A DNA stretch of 47,800 bases from a virus. The DNA lies in UHGV virus genome UHGV-0066790. One strand, 5' to 3'. The position numbers and the translations under genes were made by a program. How positions within the stretch are numbered: the first letter of the stretch is position 1; the number at the start of each line of letters is the position of its first letter. This document shows, piece by piece, positions 18,119 to 26,011 of this stretch. The notes beneath the pieces are model-generated. The model was not told the origin of the DNA. It made no database searches and worked only from the letters and a program-made list of their open reading frames with translations.

Positions 18119-19624
18119 TCACTGAATGGCCGTGGCGGGCATGACGATTTGCTGCACGCTGCCGCCGTCCATGTAGTAGAATTTGCATTCGGGGGACTGG
18201 CGCTGTCCGCGCACGGTCGCGCCGGGGTTCTTGACCTGCATATACCAGCCCTGCGTTTCGAGCGTCTGGGAAACGTCCAGCCCGATTTCCGCGAGGAGCT
18301 GCACCTTTTGGGTATTCGAAAGGGTCACTCCCGTGCGGATGGCCCCGAAGTCGAGAAACCGCGTGATGGTGTCGAGACAGGCGGTGCGGATCATGCCGTA
18401 GCCGCTCTCGTTATACGGGATGCAATTTACGGCCTTGAACAGATCAAGGAGGTTAAGCTGGAGACCGTCTTTGATGGCGATGGCGTCAAGGTAGGTGTCG
18501 AGCCAGCCCCATTTGCCGGAAACCTGCCCGTTCTGGAAAAACTTGAACTGACTTGAGGCCGTGGCGAAGTCCGCATAGCAGTTGTAGCCATTGGCGATCA
18601 GCGCATCATAGTTCTCGTCGTTGTCGCAGGTTACGGTAAGCCCTTCGCCTTGCTTGAAGGCGAAGGTGAGCCGTCCGTTCGTCTCTTCAAAGTTGATAGA
18701 GGCCGCCGTGCCCATGACCCACGCGGCGAGCTCAGGCGTGTTGAACACGGGAACCGTACCGTCGAGTTCGAGCACCTTGGCGATCTGATACCCCGCCGAG
18801 GCCGTGGAACCCGCGACCTGCGCGGCGTTGTCGGTATCCCACATCACATAGGCGAAACGGGTGTCATATCCGGCGCACCACTGGGCGAGCGCGATCTTGT
18901 CGTCAAGCTCTGGCTCCCATACCGTGGAGAACGTCACCCAATCGCGGGCGTACAGGAGCACGTTGGTCATGCAGTCGGGGAGCGTCTGGCCAGCCATGCC
19001 TACGGACTGGACGGCACCGGACTGTTCGGTGAGCAGAAGCAGTGCGCCGAGGTCGGTCCCGGCTTCCGGCGGCGTCGGAAAGGCCACGGCGGAACTTGCC
19101 CCGGTCGTCGGGCTGTCGATCTGGAACGCCCCGGTCTGGCTGGAGTACGTCACCTTCGCTCCGGTAGCGCCCGCAGTCGTGAGCGCTGTCTGGATCGCCT
19201 CCGCAACCTGCGAGAAGCTGGTCGCAGCGGACAAATCCACGGAGGAAAGCGTGTGCGGCGTGTTGTCGATGGAAATGACCATCGCGCCGTTGGTGACGGC
19301 CTGCAACACGGCGATATTGCCCGTATACTTCGCGCCGCGCAGCCATGCGCCCACGGCCTCGCCGTTGTACCGGGCAAAGAAAATCTTGTCCGGGAGGCTC
19401 GTCGTGTTCACGTAGCCGGAAAAGTACATGGAAGCCATGCCCGCCTCTTCCGAGAGCGAGCCGAAATAATTGGCCACGGCCTGCGCGCTGGCGAACTGAA
19501 CGACTCTACCTGCGGGCAAAAGCTCGGACTGCGAAAGCAGGAGCCCGGCGAAGGTCAGGCCCGGCGTGCCGCCTTCAATGATGCGGGGGATGATTTGAAC
19601 TAGTTTGTCGGCATTGACGCTCAT
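18119..19624 (-). CDS. Tail sheath protein
   Basis: 501 aa, sized and positioned like Mu gpL / DUF3383-type sheath proteins. Confidence 0.7.
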   Translation of the reverse strand: MSVNADKLVQIIPRIIEGGTPGLTFAGLLLSQSELLPAGRVVQFASAQAVANYFGSLSEEAGMASMYFSGYVNTTSLPDKIFFARYNGEAVGAWLRGAKYTGNIAVLQAVTNGAMVISIDNTPHTLSSVDLSAATSFSQVAEAIQTALTTAGATGAKVTYSSQTGAFQIDSPTTGASSAVAFPTPPEAGTDLGALLLLTEQSGAVQSVGMAGQTLPDCMTNVLLYARDWVTFSTVWEPELDDKIALAQWCAGYDTRFAYVMWDTDNAAQVAGSTASAGYQIAKVLELDGTVPVFNTPELAAWVMGTAASINFEETNGRLTFAFKQGEGLTVTCDNDENYDALIANGYNCYADFATASSQFKFFQNGQVSGKWGWLDTYLDAIAIKDGLQLNLLDLFKAVNCIPYNESGYGMIRTACLDTITRFLDFGAIRTGVTLSNTQKVQLLAEIGLDVSQTLETQGWYMQVKNPGATVRGQRQSPECKFYYMDGGSVQQIVMPATAIQ

Positions 19625-19639
19625 TGCGCCCTCCTTTTG

Positions 19640-20125
19640 CTATGCCAGCGGATGTACGGAAAGTTCCGCATCGGTAAAAGTATCCATCTCAACGTGTTCA
19701 ACGCGGTTTGCCTGAACCAGCACGTTGAGCATGAAGCGGGGGTTGTACTGCTCGTCACCTTCCGCCTGCGTCATGTCCTGCGGGTCTTCGACGTACAGGG
19801 GGGCAATCCCGTACGTTTGCAGGAAGCGGCACCCGACGCCGTCGCGCAGGAGCGTTGCGAGCGTCTGGGCACGGTCGGCGGCGGTCGGGCCGTAGACGTC
19901 AAGCTGGACACGGCGGCGCTGCGGCTGCACGATGGCCTCCCCGCCGCACTCGGTCTGGTGCAGGTTCGTCGAGAGGCGCGTCATGGTCATCGGGGTGACG
20001 AGCACGTAGCTTTTCGTCTTCGGCTTGCTCACGCGGTTGACGTAGCCGCGTACAACAACGGCGGAATCGCCGAGGTAACGCTTACAAAAATCGCCGAGGG
20101 CCTGCACGAGGATGCCGTCACTCAT
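19640..20125 (-). CDS. Tail completion/neck protein
   Basis: 161-aa ORF directly upstream of the sheath gene. Confidence 0.4.
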   Translation of the reverse strand: MSDGILVQALGDFCKRYLGDSAVVVRGYVNRVSKPKTKSYVLVTPMTMTRLSTNLHQTECGGEAIVQPQRRRVQLDVYGPTAADRAQTLATLLRDGVGCRFLQTYGIAPLYVEDPQDMTQAEGDEQYNPRFMLNVLVQANRVEHVEMDTFTDAELSVHPLA

Positions 20126-20549
20126 CGTCTCCCCCTTTGGGCGGTTCCGTGGCCCCGACTTCCGGCGGCGCGGTTTCCCTGAGCTTCACGCACCGGATTT
20201 TCGTCCAGCCCGCCGTGGGATTCCAGCGCTCCAGAACTTGATCTACCTGCCACTCGGCGCCATCCCAGTAGAGAAGATCGCCGCCCTGCTCCGCCGGACG
20301 ATCAAGGGCCGACCAGTCCCCTGAAAGATAAAAGTCGTGCCAGATCGTGTTCTGGCGCTGCTGCACGAGGAATTGCAGCGTCTTGTCGGCGACAGGCTGC
20401 GGCTGGGCCATGACTTCCACGGCAGGGGCCCATGCCGGGACCTGCTCATACTGCGTGTTTACGGTGAAGCCTGTGGAGACGAGAATCACGACCGACTGGA
20501 AAGGGTTCACGATGCTGATAAGCGGACGCACAAGTTCATGGAGATTCAT
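20118..20549 (-). CDS. Head-tail connector/neck protein
   Basis: 143-aa ORF in the head-tail joining block. Confidence 0.4.
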   Translation of the reverse strand: MNLHELVRPLISIVNPFQSVVILVSTGFTVNTQYEQVPAWAPAVEVMAQPQPVADKTLQFLVQQRQNTIWHDFYLSGDWSALDRPAEQGGDLLYWDGAEWQVDQVLERWNPTAGWTKIRCVKLRETAPPEVGATEPPKGGDDE

Positions 20550-21109
20550 CTTTTGACTACCTCGTAATCGATGGACTTGAGCAGGCTTCCGGAATCGATG
20601 AGCGTCCCCTTTCCCGCGCCCTTGGCGTTCTTGCGGCGCTTGGTGGATTCGGCGTTGTCCGGGGGCATATTGCTCTTAATCGTCGCCTGAATGTCGTCTG
20701 CCATGCGGCGTCCCACAAGCCGCATCGCCTCTTTCGGCGTCCGTCCGGCTTCCAACGCTTCCGCGAGGTTATCGCACCATGCATCCGCCTTGGCATCGAG
20801 CGTTGAGCGCAGGAAAGGCCGGGAGGGGATGGTGACGGTGTGGGCTTTGACCGTCGCATCCTGCGCAAAATCGCTTTTGCCCTTCTTCACGAACCGATTC
20901 CCGACGCTGCCGTCACGCTTCCGCTTGAAGTACAAGGTTTGCGTCCGCTCAGGGATTTCGATTGTTGCGCCGTATTCGTTGTACGCCGCATACTCCGCGA
21001 CTGGGGTACCGCCTTCTGCCCGTTTCGCGTTCTCAAGGACCCCGGCCTTCACTATGATATCGGGAGTGATATACCGCTTAAGCAGCTTTTCGAGTTCTCC
21101 GGACACCAT
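20546..21109 (-). CDS. HK97 gp10-like head-tail joining protein
   Basis: ATG overlaps the upstream stop (TAATG). Motifs AEYAAYNEYGATIEIP, IPSRPFLRSTL and C-terminal GTLIDSGSLLKSIDYEV. Confidence 0.5.
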   Translation of the reverse strand: MVSGELEKLLKRYITPDIIVKAGVLENAKRAEGGTPVAEYAAYNEYGATIEIPERTQTLYFKRKRDGSVGNRFVKKGKSDFAQDATVKAHTVTIPSRPFLRSTLDAKADAWCDNLAEALEAGRTPKEAMRLVGRRMADDIQATIKSNMPPDNAESTKRRKNAKGAGKGTLIDSGSLLKSIDYEVVKR

Positions 21110-21540
21110 TACCCCCACGGATGCCAATACCGGGCGGCATAGTAGCGCCCGCCTACGGCATAGGGCTGGATGGACTGCCAAAAGGTCTGTCCGCACGGCG
21201 TCTGCGCGTAAAAGGCTTTCCCGGTGTTCTGGGGCACGGAGAAGCTGATGCTGACAGTTCCTTCCGTCGCCGAGGCCACTGGCCCGGCCTGCCCCATCGG
21301 CCACAAGGCCAGCGTTGCCAGATGGCAGACGAGGAGGTACAGGAGCGTCTTGCGGATCATGATGCCGTGGGCCGGATCATAAGGAACCGGGGATGAGTTT
21401 GTGTTGTCCAAGAGCAGACAGGAGACGTCGAACGCCTGCCGAAGCTGTGCATCGGTCAGGAGGGGCTGCCCGGTCTTCGGATCGACGAAGCGCGGATAGG
21501 CCTCCCGGAACTCCTGCGGGTCAAAGACAACAACAGCCAT
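21109..21540 (-). CDS. DUF4054-family phage protein
   Basis: N-terminus MAVVVFDPQEFREAYPRFVDP is characteristic of DUF4054. Confidence 0.5.
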   Translation of the reverse strand: MAVVVFDPQEFREAYPRFVDPKTGQPLLTDAQLRQAFDVSCLLLDNTNSSPVPYDPAHGIMIRKTLLYLLVCHLATLALWPMGQAGPVASATEGTVSISFSVPQNTGKAFYAQTPCGQTFWQSIQPYAVGGRYYAARYWHPWG

Positions 21541-21543
21541 GGA

Positions 21544-21957
21544 TTAGAACCCCGCATTGCTCTGGAGCGGTTCGGTCTGCGCCTTGGGGTCGTTCTCCAC
21601 ATCCACGGGCTCCAGTCCGTTGCGCAGTTCCGCCCTTTCGTCGGCCTCGTCCACGGCGTCGGCCTTGCGCGCCTGCGCGAAGATGAGCCCTGACTTGAAG
21701 ATTTCCATGTGCGGACCATAGGTCTTTTCAATGTATGCCCAATCGTCGGCGTTCACCCGCGTCAGCCCAAACGCGCCCACGGGCAGCACGCCCTTTTCCT
21801 TTCCGCGCAGGCTGGCGGCGTTGCCTTCGATGAGCACCTTACGTCCGTCGGGCATGGGGAACGTGATCCCGGTCGTCCGGTTCAAGGCGACCATCACGGT
21901 ATCCGTCTTCGTCGCCTGCGTTGTTTCCGGGGCGGTATTCTTTTTGGGTCTGGCCAT
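21544..21957 (-). CDS. Hypothetical virion protein (first gene of a late operon)
   Basis: Internal ATG (MARPKKNT...) with GGAGGG RBS. About 55 nt downstream of 17-bp motif copy C. Confidence 0.4.
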   Translation of the reverse strand: MARPKKNTAPETTQATKTDTVMVALNRTTGITFPMPDGRKVLIEGNAASLRGKEKGVLPVGAFGLTRVNADDWAYIEKTYGPHMEIFKSGLIFAQARKADAVDEADERAELRNGLEPVDVENDPKAQTEPLQSNAGF

Positions 21958-22012
21958 ATCTCTGTATCCCTCCGTTGTTTTGGTCATCATGGCAAAAGAG
22001 CCGGGACGAAAT

Positions 22013-22029
22013 CACCGTGAACAAAGTTC
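22013..22029 (-). promoter_or_regulatory. 17-bp late-operator motif, copy C (CACCGTGAACAAAGTTC)
   Basis: One of three near-identical copies, all upstream of minus-strand late operons. Dyad GAAC-N3-GTTC. Confidence 0.5.
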
Positions 22030-22031
22030 GG

Positions 22032-22346
22032 CTATGCAGCACGGCGAAGGCGGTACTTGCCCAGCATGTTCAGGTCGTTTTTCAGGGCCAGCCGGAAGGC
22101 TTCGATCACGTCGACGTGGTACGCCTTCACGCTCCCGAAACGGCTGTCCTCGATTTCCCGGATTTCGTAATCCATACGGCGGGACATATCGGAAAGCTTG
22201 CGTCCCGCGACGGAGTACGCGGCTGGCGTATCTGCGAAGACGTCAAGGAACCACGGGATGCCCTTCACGGACTTGTAGTCCCTGCCCCGCCCAAGTTCGT
22301 TCTCAAGAGCCGCAGCCTTGCGCACGGCGGCGGAGGCGGTTGCCAT
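22032..22346 (-). CDS. Hypothetical protein
   Basis: 104-aa ORF with ATG start. Protein-like composition. Confidence 0.4.
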   Translation of the reverse strand: MATASAAVRKAAALENELGRGRDYKSVKGIPWFLDVFADTPAAYSVAGRKLSDMSRRMDYEIREIEDSRFGSVKAYHVDVIEAFRLALKNDLNMLGKYRLRRAA

Positions 22347-22410
22347 CGCGGTAGCCTCGCGGCGTGAACCGATTTCAGCCTTGGTGCGGATAGCCTCGTC
22401 GCGCTCGGCT

Positions 22411-22731
22411 TCGATGCTTCCCGTCGCATCGTCACTATACCGCGACCGCGTGAGGGAGCTTGAACGGCTCGAACAGGATTGGATGGAACTTGCAGTCCTG
22501 ATCCGCGACCGCGCTTATGGACTGGAACGAGACTTCCGCCGAGTGACGCAAGGAACGTATCCCGAACTGCTCCGGCATGTATCGCCATCCGGGAAGACGC
22601 CCGTTGCCGCGCTTATCCAGCTCATGACAGCCCCAACCTACACCGCCCGGCAAAACCTCGAATCCGCGCTTGATGATATGCGTCTTGCCATCCGTGCCGC
22701 GAAGACGGCAAACAGGTTGATGCTAGGGTAA
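22411..22731 (+). CDS. Hypothetical helical protein
   Basis: ATG at 22411 in the track ORF 22318..22731. Fills an otherwise 400-bp gap. Divergent from the 22032..22346 gene. Confidence 0.3.
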   Translation, partial: SMLPVASSLYRDRVRELERLEQDWMELAVLIRDRAYGLERDFRRVTQGTYPELLRHVSPSGKTPVAALIQLMTAPTYTARQNLESALDDMRLAIRAAKTANRLMLG

Positions 22732-22786
22732 TCCTTGGCAAGCCTGCATGAATCATATAAGACTTTACCAACGGAGGGATTCCCCC

Positions 22787-23098
22787 ATGCTGCTGTTCGA
22801 TGATGGGAAAAAGCTTGAAAAGGCCGTCGGCGAGGAAGCCGCAAAAGCCATCGTGGAAGTACTGGAACGCTTTGACGAGAGTCAAAGGAACGCCAGTGCC
22901 ACCAAGGGAGATCTGCGCGAAACGGAACTGCGGTTGCAAAAAGAAATTCGGGAATTGGACCTGAAAATGCAAGCGGAGGTCGAAAAAATTCGTGCTGAAG
23001 TGTTGAAGGTCAAGTATGATCTTTTGAAATGGCAAATCGCCATAGGGTTTGCCCTTGTCGCAGTTATGGCCAAGGGCTTCGGCTGGCTCGGATTCTAA
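22787..23098 (+). CDS. Coiled-coil membrane-anchored protein (DUF1640/XhlA-like)
   Basis: RBS GGAGGG. Coiled coil TKGDLRETELRLQKEIRELDLKMQAEVEKIRAEV then a C-terminal TM helix WQIAIGFALVAVMAKGFGWLGF. Confidence 0.45.
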   Translation: MLLFDDGKKLEKAVGEEAAKAIVEVLERFDESQRNASATKGDLRETELRLQKEIRELDLKMQAEVEKIRAEVLKVKYDLLKWQIAIGFALVAVMAKGFGWLGF

Positions 23099-23114
23099 TA
23101 AAGAAAGAATATCG

Positions 23115-23156
23115 TAGAAAAGGGGTGGCTTTAAGAGCCGCCCCTTTTTGTTTTTC
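23115..23156. terminator. Bidirectional rho-independent terminator
   Basis: GGGGTGGCTTTAAGAGCCGCCCC hairpin with GAAAA before and TTTTTGTTTTT after. Confidence 0.6.
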
Positions 23157-23214
23157 TGCCTCTCCCTTCTGTTACTGACGAGTTAAAAAAGATAAAACTT
23201 TTTTTTGAAAAAAT

Positions 23215-23278
23215 TGTTTATTTTTTCAAAAAATGGTGCTATTGTATTTTCAACGAAAGGGACAAAAGGAGAGTTCTC
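23215..23278 (+). promoter_or_regulatory. Promoter/leader P1 with conserved -10/leader motif
   Basis: AT-rich with inverted repeats TTTTTTTTGAAAAAA/TTTTTTCAAAAAA. TATTGT then TTTTCAACGAAAGGGACAAAAGGAGA is shared with P2 at 45273-45322. Confidence 0.4.
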
Positions 23279-23635
23279 ATGATAACCATCACCACAGCCA
23301 ACAACGAAACAACTCTTGAAAACGACAAGGCTTTCTGTGCATATCGTATCGAAACAGAAATCGATTTTGATGAAGATGGTTATGAAGTGGACGGAGAGCA
23401 ATATGTGCTCATCGAAAAGCTTTTTGTTCCCTCAGAGAATCGCGGAAACGGCATTGCCCGCCGCCTTCTTCGTGAAGCCGTCTCTCACGCTCGCGCTACT
23501 TACCCCGGAATGGCGATTCGGTTGGTAGCTGAACCTCTGGATGCCGATACAGATATGGATCGGCTGGTGGCCTTTTATGAAAGCGAAGGTTTTGATGTGA
23601 TCGAAGCTGGCGAAATCGTAGTAATGGAACACTAA
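23279..23635 (+). CDS. Small GNAT-fold acetyltransferase-like protein
   Basis: 118 aa with an acetyl-CoA motif-A-like segment ENRGNGIARRLLREAV. Low GC relative to the flanks. Confidence 0.5.
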   Translation: MITITTANNETTLENDKAFCAYRIETEIDFDEDGYEVDGEQYVLIEKLFVPSENRGNGIARRLLREAVSHARATYPGMAIRLVAEPLDADTDMDRLVAFYESEGFDVIEAGEIVVMEH

Positions 23636-23655
23636 ACAGAACAAAGGAGTAAGAC

Positions 23656-23826
23656 ATGACCCGCTATTCTATCCTGCTCACGACTGGCACAACGGGAACC
23701 ATCGATACCGAACAGCATCTTGAAGAGGGCATGGAAGTAGTCATCACCTTGCACGATGAAAACGGAAACAGAACGCAGGAAACCGGACTCATCGCTGAAA
23801 TTCTTGACGAAGAATTTTTAGGGTAA
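23656..23826 (+). CDS. Small hypothetical protein (56 aa)
   Basis: RBS AAAGGAGTAAGAC then ATG. MTRYSILLTTGTTGTIDTEQHLEEGMEVVITLHDENGNRTQETGLIAEILDEEFLG. Below the track's 60-aa cutoff. Confidence 0.4.
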   Translation: MTRYSILLTTGTTGTIDTEQHLEEGMEVVITLHDENGNRTQETGLIAEILDEEFLG

Positions 23827-23848
23827 TCGAATTAAAAGGAAAAACACC

Positions 23849-24349
23849 ATGAAGCTGTACCACGGAAGCTTGATTGAACATCTGGCTATCTCTAACTCAG
23901 GAACAGGGTTAGGGTATAACTTCGGTGCGGTGTTCTTTGCCCGTACTTACGGACATGCAAAGGAATACGGAAATTACGTCTACCAGTGCGAAATAGACAT
24001 CGAGGACATCTTCTTGAACGAGGATCTCCCGTATCTTGAAGATGGCGCTGCTGGAACGGCTCTACGTGAAGTTATGGCAGAGCGCGGTATAGACGAAAAG
24101 TATTTTGATCTCTGCTGGTATGCCGTGGTTGAAGAGAAAATTGGTTATCAAGATGAAGACTGGGTAAACCTCCTCAACATGGATGACGATGACGCAAGTT
24201 GGGAGGCTCAGGCCATGCGGATCGCCTTTGCCCGTAAGCTCGGCTTCAAGGCTGTTGAAATGGATGACGAATGCGGCAGCATTGCGGTTCTTCCCGAGTT
24301 CATAAAGCTGGAAGCGGCAACGGAGGAATACGATGAAGAGGAAGACTAA
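23849..24349 (+). CDS. LYHGS-motif protein (DUF3990-like putative ART-fold) with acidic tail
   Basis: N-terminus MKLYHGS...GYNFGAVFFARTYGHAKEYG resembles the DUF3990 signature. The C-terminus is Asp/Glu-rich (MDDDDASWE...EEYDEEED). Confidence 0.45.
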   Translation: MKLYHGSLIEHLAISNSGTGLGYNFGAVFFARTYGHAKEYGNYVYQCEIDIEDIFLNEDLPYLEDGAAGTALREVMAERGIDEKYFDLCWYAVVEEKIGYQDEDWVNLLNMDDDDASWEAQAMRIAFARKLGFKAVEMDDECGSIAVLPEFIKLEAATEEYDEEED

Positions 24350-25724
24350 GATAGACATCGACGATCTTATCGATTTCAGTTCAAAGCTGGTGAACTCGAA
24401 TTCCAGCGTCGGTATTCGCTTGTCGTCGGGTGCCGCGCTCGCCCTTCCGTACCTGTCCACGAGGACATGTCTTGCGGCAGGGATTTCTATGCCGCTGGAT
24501 ACGGCAAACGGGGCCAAGGATGTGGGAAAGGTAAGTGCTCTATACAAAAAACTCGAAGAAGGGGAGGAAGGAGAGAAAGCAGATACAGAGGCGGCATTGA
24601 AGAAAATCCGTAAAACAGGATTTGCCAGAAAAACAGAGTCTGTCGACAGACGGATTCGTCAACTGCTCATCCCTAAAGACGTACCCTCTGGGTATGTCTC
24701 TTTGTCTCCCCTCCCCTCCATTGGACTTTCCGTTTTGCTGTTAGGAGCCGTTACAAGGCATAATCAAGATGTCTTTTCAAAAAAGAAGGAAGGTATCAAA
24801 ATTCGACGGGCACATCTCGCTTTGGGCGGGGCAAACCCTCAGAATCTAGGATACGCTGCGTCCAAAAAGGCGATACAATATCCTGTTTTTCTTTCTACAC
24901 CCAAATCCGTGCGCGGAAATGCCAGCCGTCAGGCGTCAGGAAAGGGAACTTACCTGATCCTTTCCAATCTCTTTGTGCAAACGGCAAACATCTTGACGAA
25001 TTATACTATGCTCAACGGCGCGCCCCTCTTTGCAGCATGGGGGATGGGACATGCACTGGAGCGCGAGATGCATGGTCCCAAAGTTACCGGAGTATGCCTT
25101 GTTGTGCATAGCATCGAACCCCTTGGGGAGCATGAAACCGCTATTTTCGAGCCTAGCCAAAGAGTAGGAGCGGCTTTTACTTTTGAAAAATCCCGTAACG
25201 GGAGCGACTACGCAAAAGGCTCCACACATCTCTCTTTGCAGCCCGGTGCAACGGGGCATATACGGGTGAGCCTTATCTTTGAACTGTCGGAAGCCCTGCA
25301 TTCCGTACCGAACGCCGTGGATCTTTTCTTGAACTTCGGAAAGTTCTCCGGTGGGCTGATCACTTCATACGACGCCCCGGCTTTGCATGATGACCGCTCT
25401 ACGCTTCTAGAGTGCATTCCCGCCGGGAAAGTTGTTTTGGATCGGCGCGACGTTATGAGCCCTGGAAACCCCATTGAACAGCTTGTAACCGCGATAGGAA
25501 CGTACAGCGGAAAATGGCTGTCCGCAACGAATATCGGTTTTTCAGCAATCACAGACTTTCAAGTTCGCGGAGGGGCACGGAACGGGTGCCTCCATGCTTT
25601 TGCGGAGCCGCTGATCGGCATTACAGAATACGTCTCTACTGAAAAGAGGATACACGGGTATTTCTGGCGCAGCCAGTGGGAAGAAGATAGCTTTTTGATG
25701 AGGGGAGATTCAACAAATGAATGA
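24333..25724 (+). CDS. Large protein of unknown function (463 aa)
   Basis: Overlaps the upstream stop by 17 nt and the downstream start by 8 nt (ATGAATGA). No recognisable catalytic motif. Confidence 0.55.
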   Translation: MKRKTKIDIDDLIDFSSKLVNSNSSVGIRLSSGAALALPYLSTRTCLAAGISMPLDTANGAKDVGKVSALYKKLEEGEEGEKADTEAALKKIRKTGFARKTESVDRRIRQLLIPKDVPSGYVSLSPLPSIGLSVLLLGAVTRHNQDVFSKKKEGIKIRRAHLALGGANPQNLGYAASKKAIQYPVFLSTPKSVRGNASRQASGKGTYLILSNLFVQTANILTNYTMLNGAPLFAAWGMGHALEREMHGPKVTGVCLVVHSIEPLGEHETAIFEPSQRVGAAFTFEKSRNGSDYAKGSTHLSLQPGATGHIRVSLIFELSEALHSVPNAVDLFLNFGKFSGGLITSYDAPALHDDRSTLLECIPAGKVVLDRRDVMSPGNPIEQLVTAIGTYSGKWLSATNIGFSAITDFQVRGGARNGCLHAFAEPLIGITEYVSTEKRIHGYFWRSQWEEDSFLMRGDSTNE

Positions 25725-25938
25725 TGCACAAGAAAAAAAGCAGGGGGGACGCCGTAAAGGATCTGGACGTAAAAAAAAGGTTGAAAATCGTGCAACAGTA
25801 AAGACTGTATCTATGCCGGATCATGTCTGGGAACGGCTGAACGATGTATGTACAGATAGGGGTATCCTACGCTCACAGGTAGTACGGGAAGCAGTCGAGA
25901 TGTGGCTGGACGCAAATATACAGCAGCTTGGAAAATGA
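25717..25938 (+). CDS. Ribbon-helix-helix (CopG/ParD-like) DNA-binding protein
   Basis: Basic N-terminal arm (KKQGGRRKGSGRKKK), then beta-strand and helix TVKTVSMPDHVWERLNDVCTDRGILRSQVVREAVEMWL. Confidence 0.55.
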   Translation: MNDAQEKKQGGRRKGSGRKKKVENRATVKTVSMPDHVWERLNDVCTDRGILRSQVVREAVEMWLDANIQQLGK

Positions 25939-25951
25939 CGCCTGACTACGT

Positions 25952-25992
25952 AAAGAAAGCCCCAACCGCCTGTTTAACGGTTGGGGCTTTCG
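25952..25992. terminator. Bidirectional terminator between the island and the capsid gene
   Basis: AAAGAAA, then GCCCCAACCGCCTGTTTAACGGTTGGGGC hairpin, then TTTCG. Confidence 0.55.
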
Positions 25993-26011
25993 CATGGAGG
26001 GAAGGATGGGA

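Noticed and set aside
18650-19603. 317-aa + strand ORF
   Set aside because: Antisense to the tail sheath gene. Arg/Gly-rich junk.
20546-21109. Mu gpG/P2 gpS virion morphogenesis protein call
   Set aside because: The motifs (YAAY.EYG, IPSRPF) fit the HK97 gp10-like family better. Relabelled accordingly.
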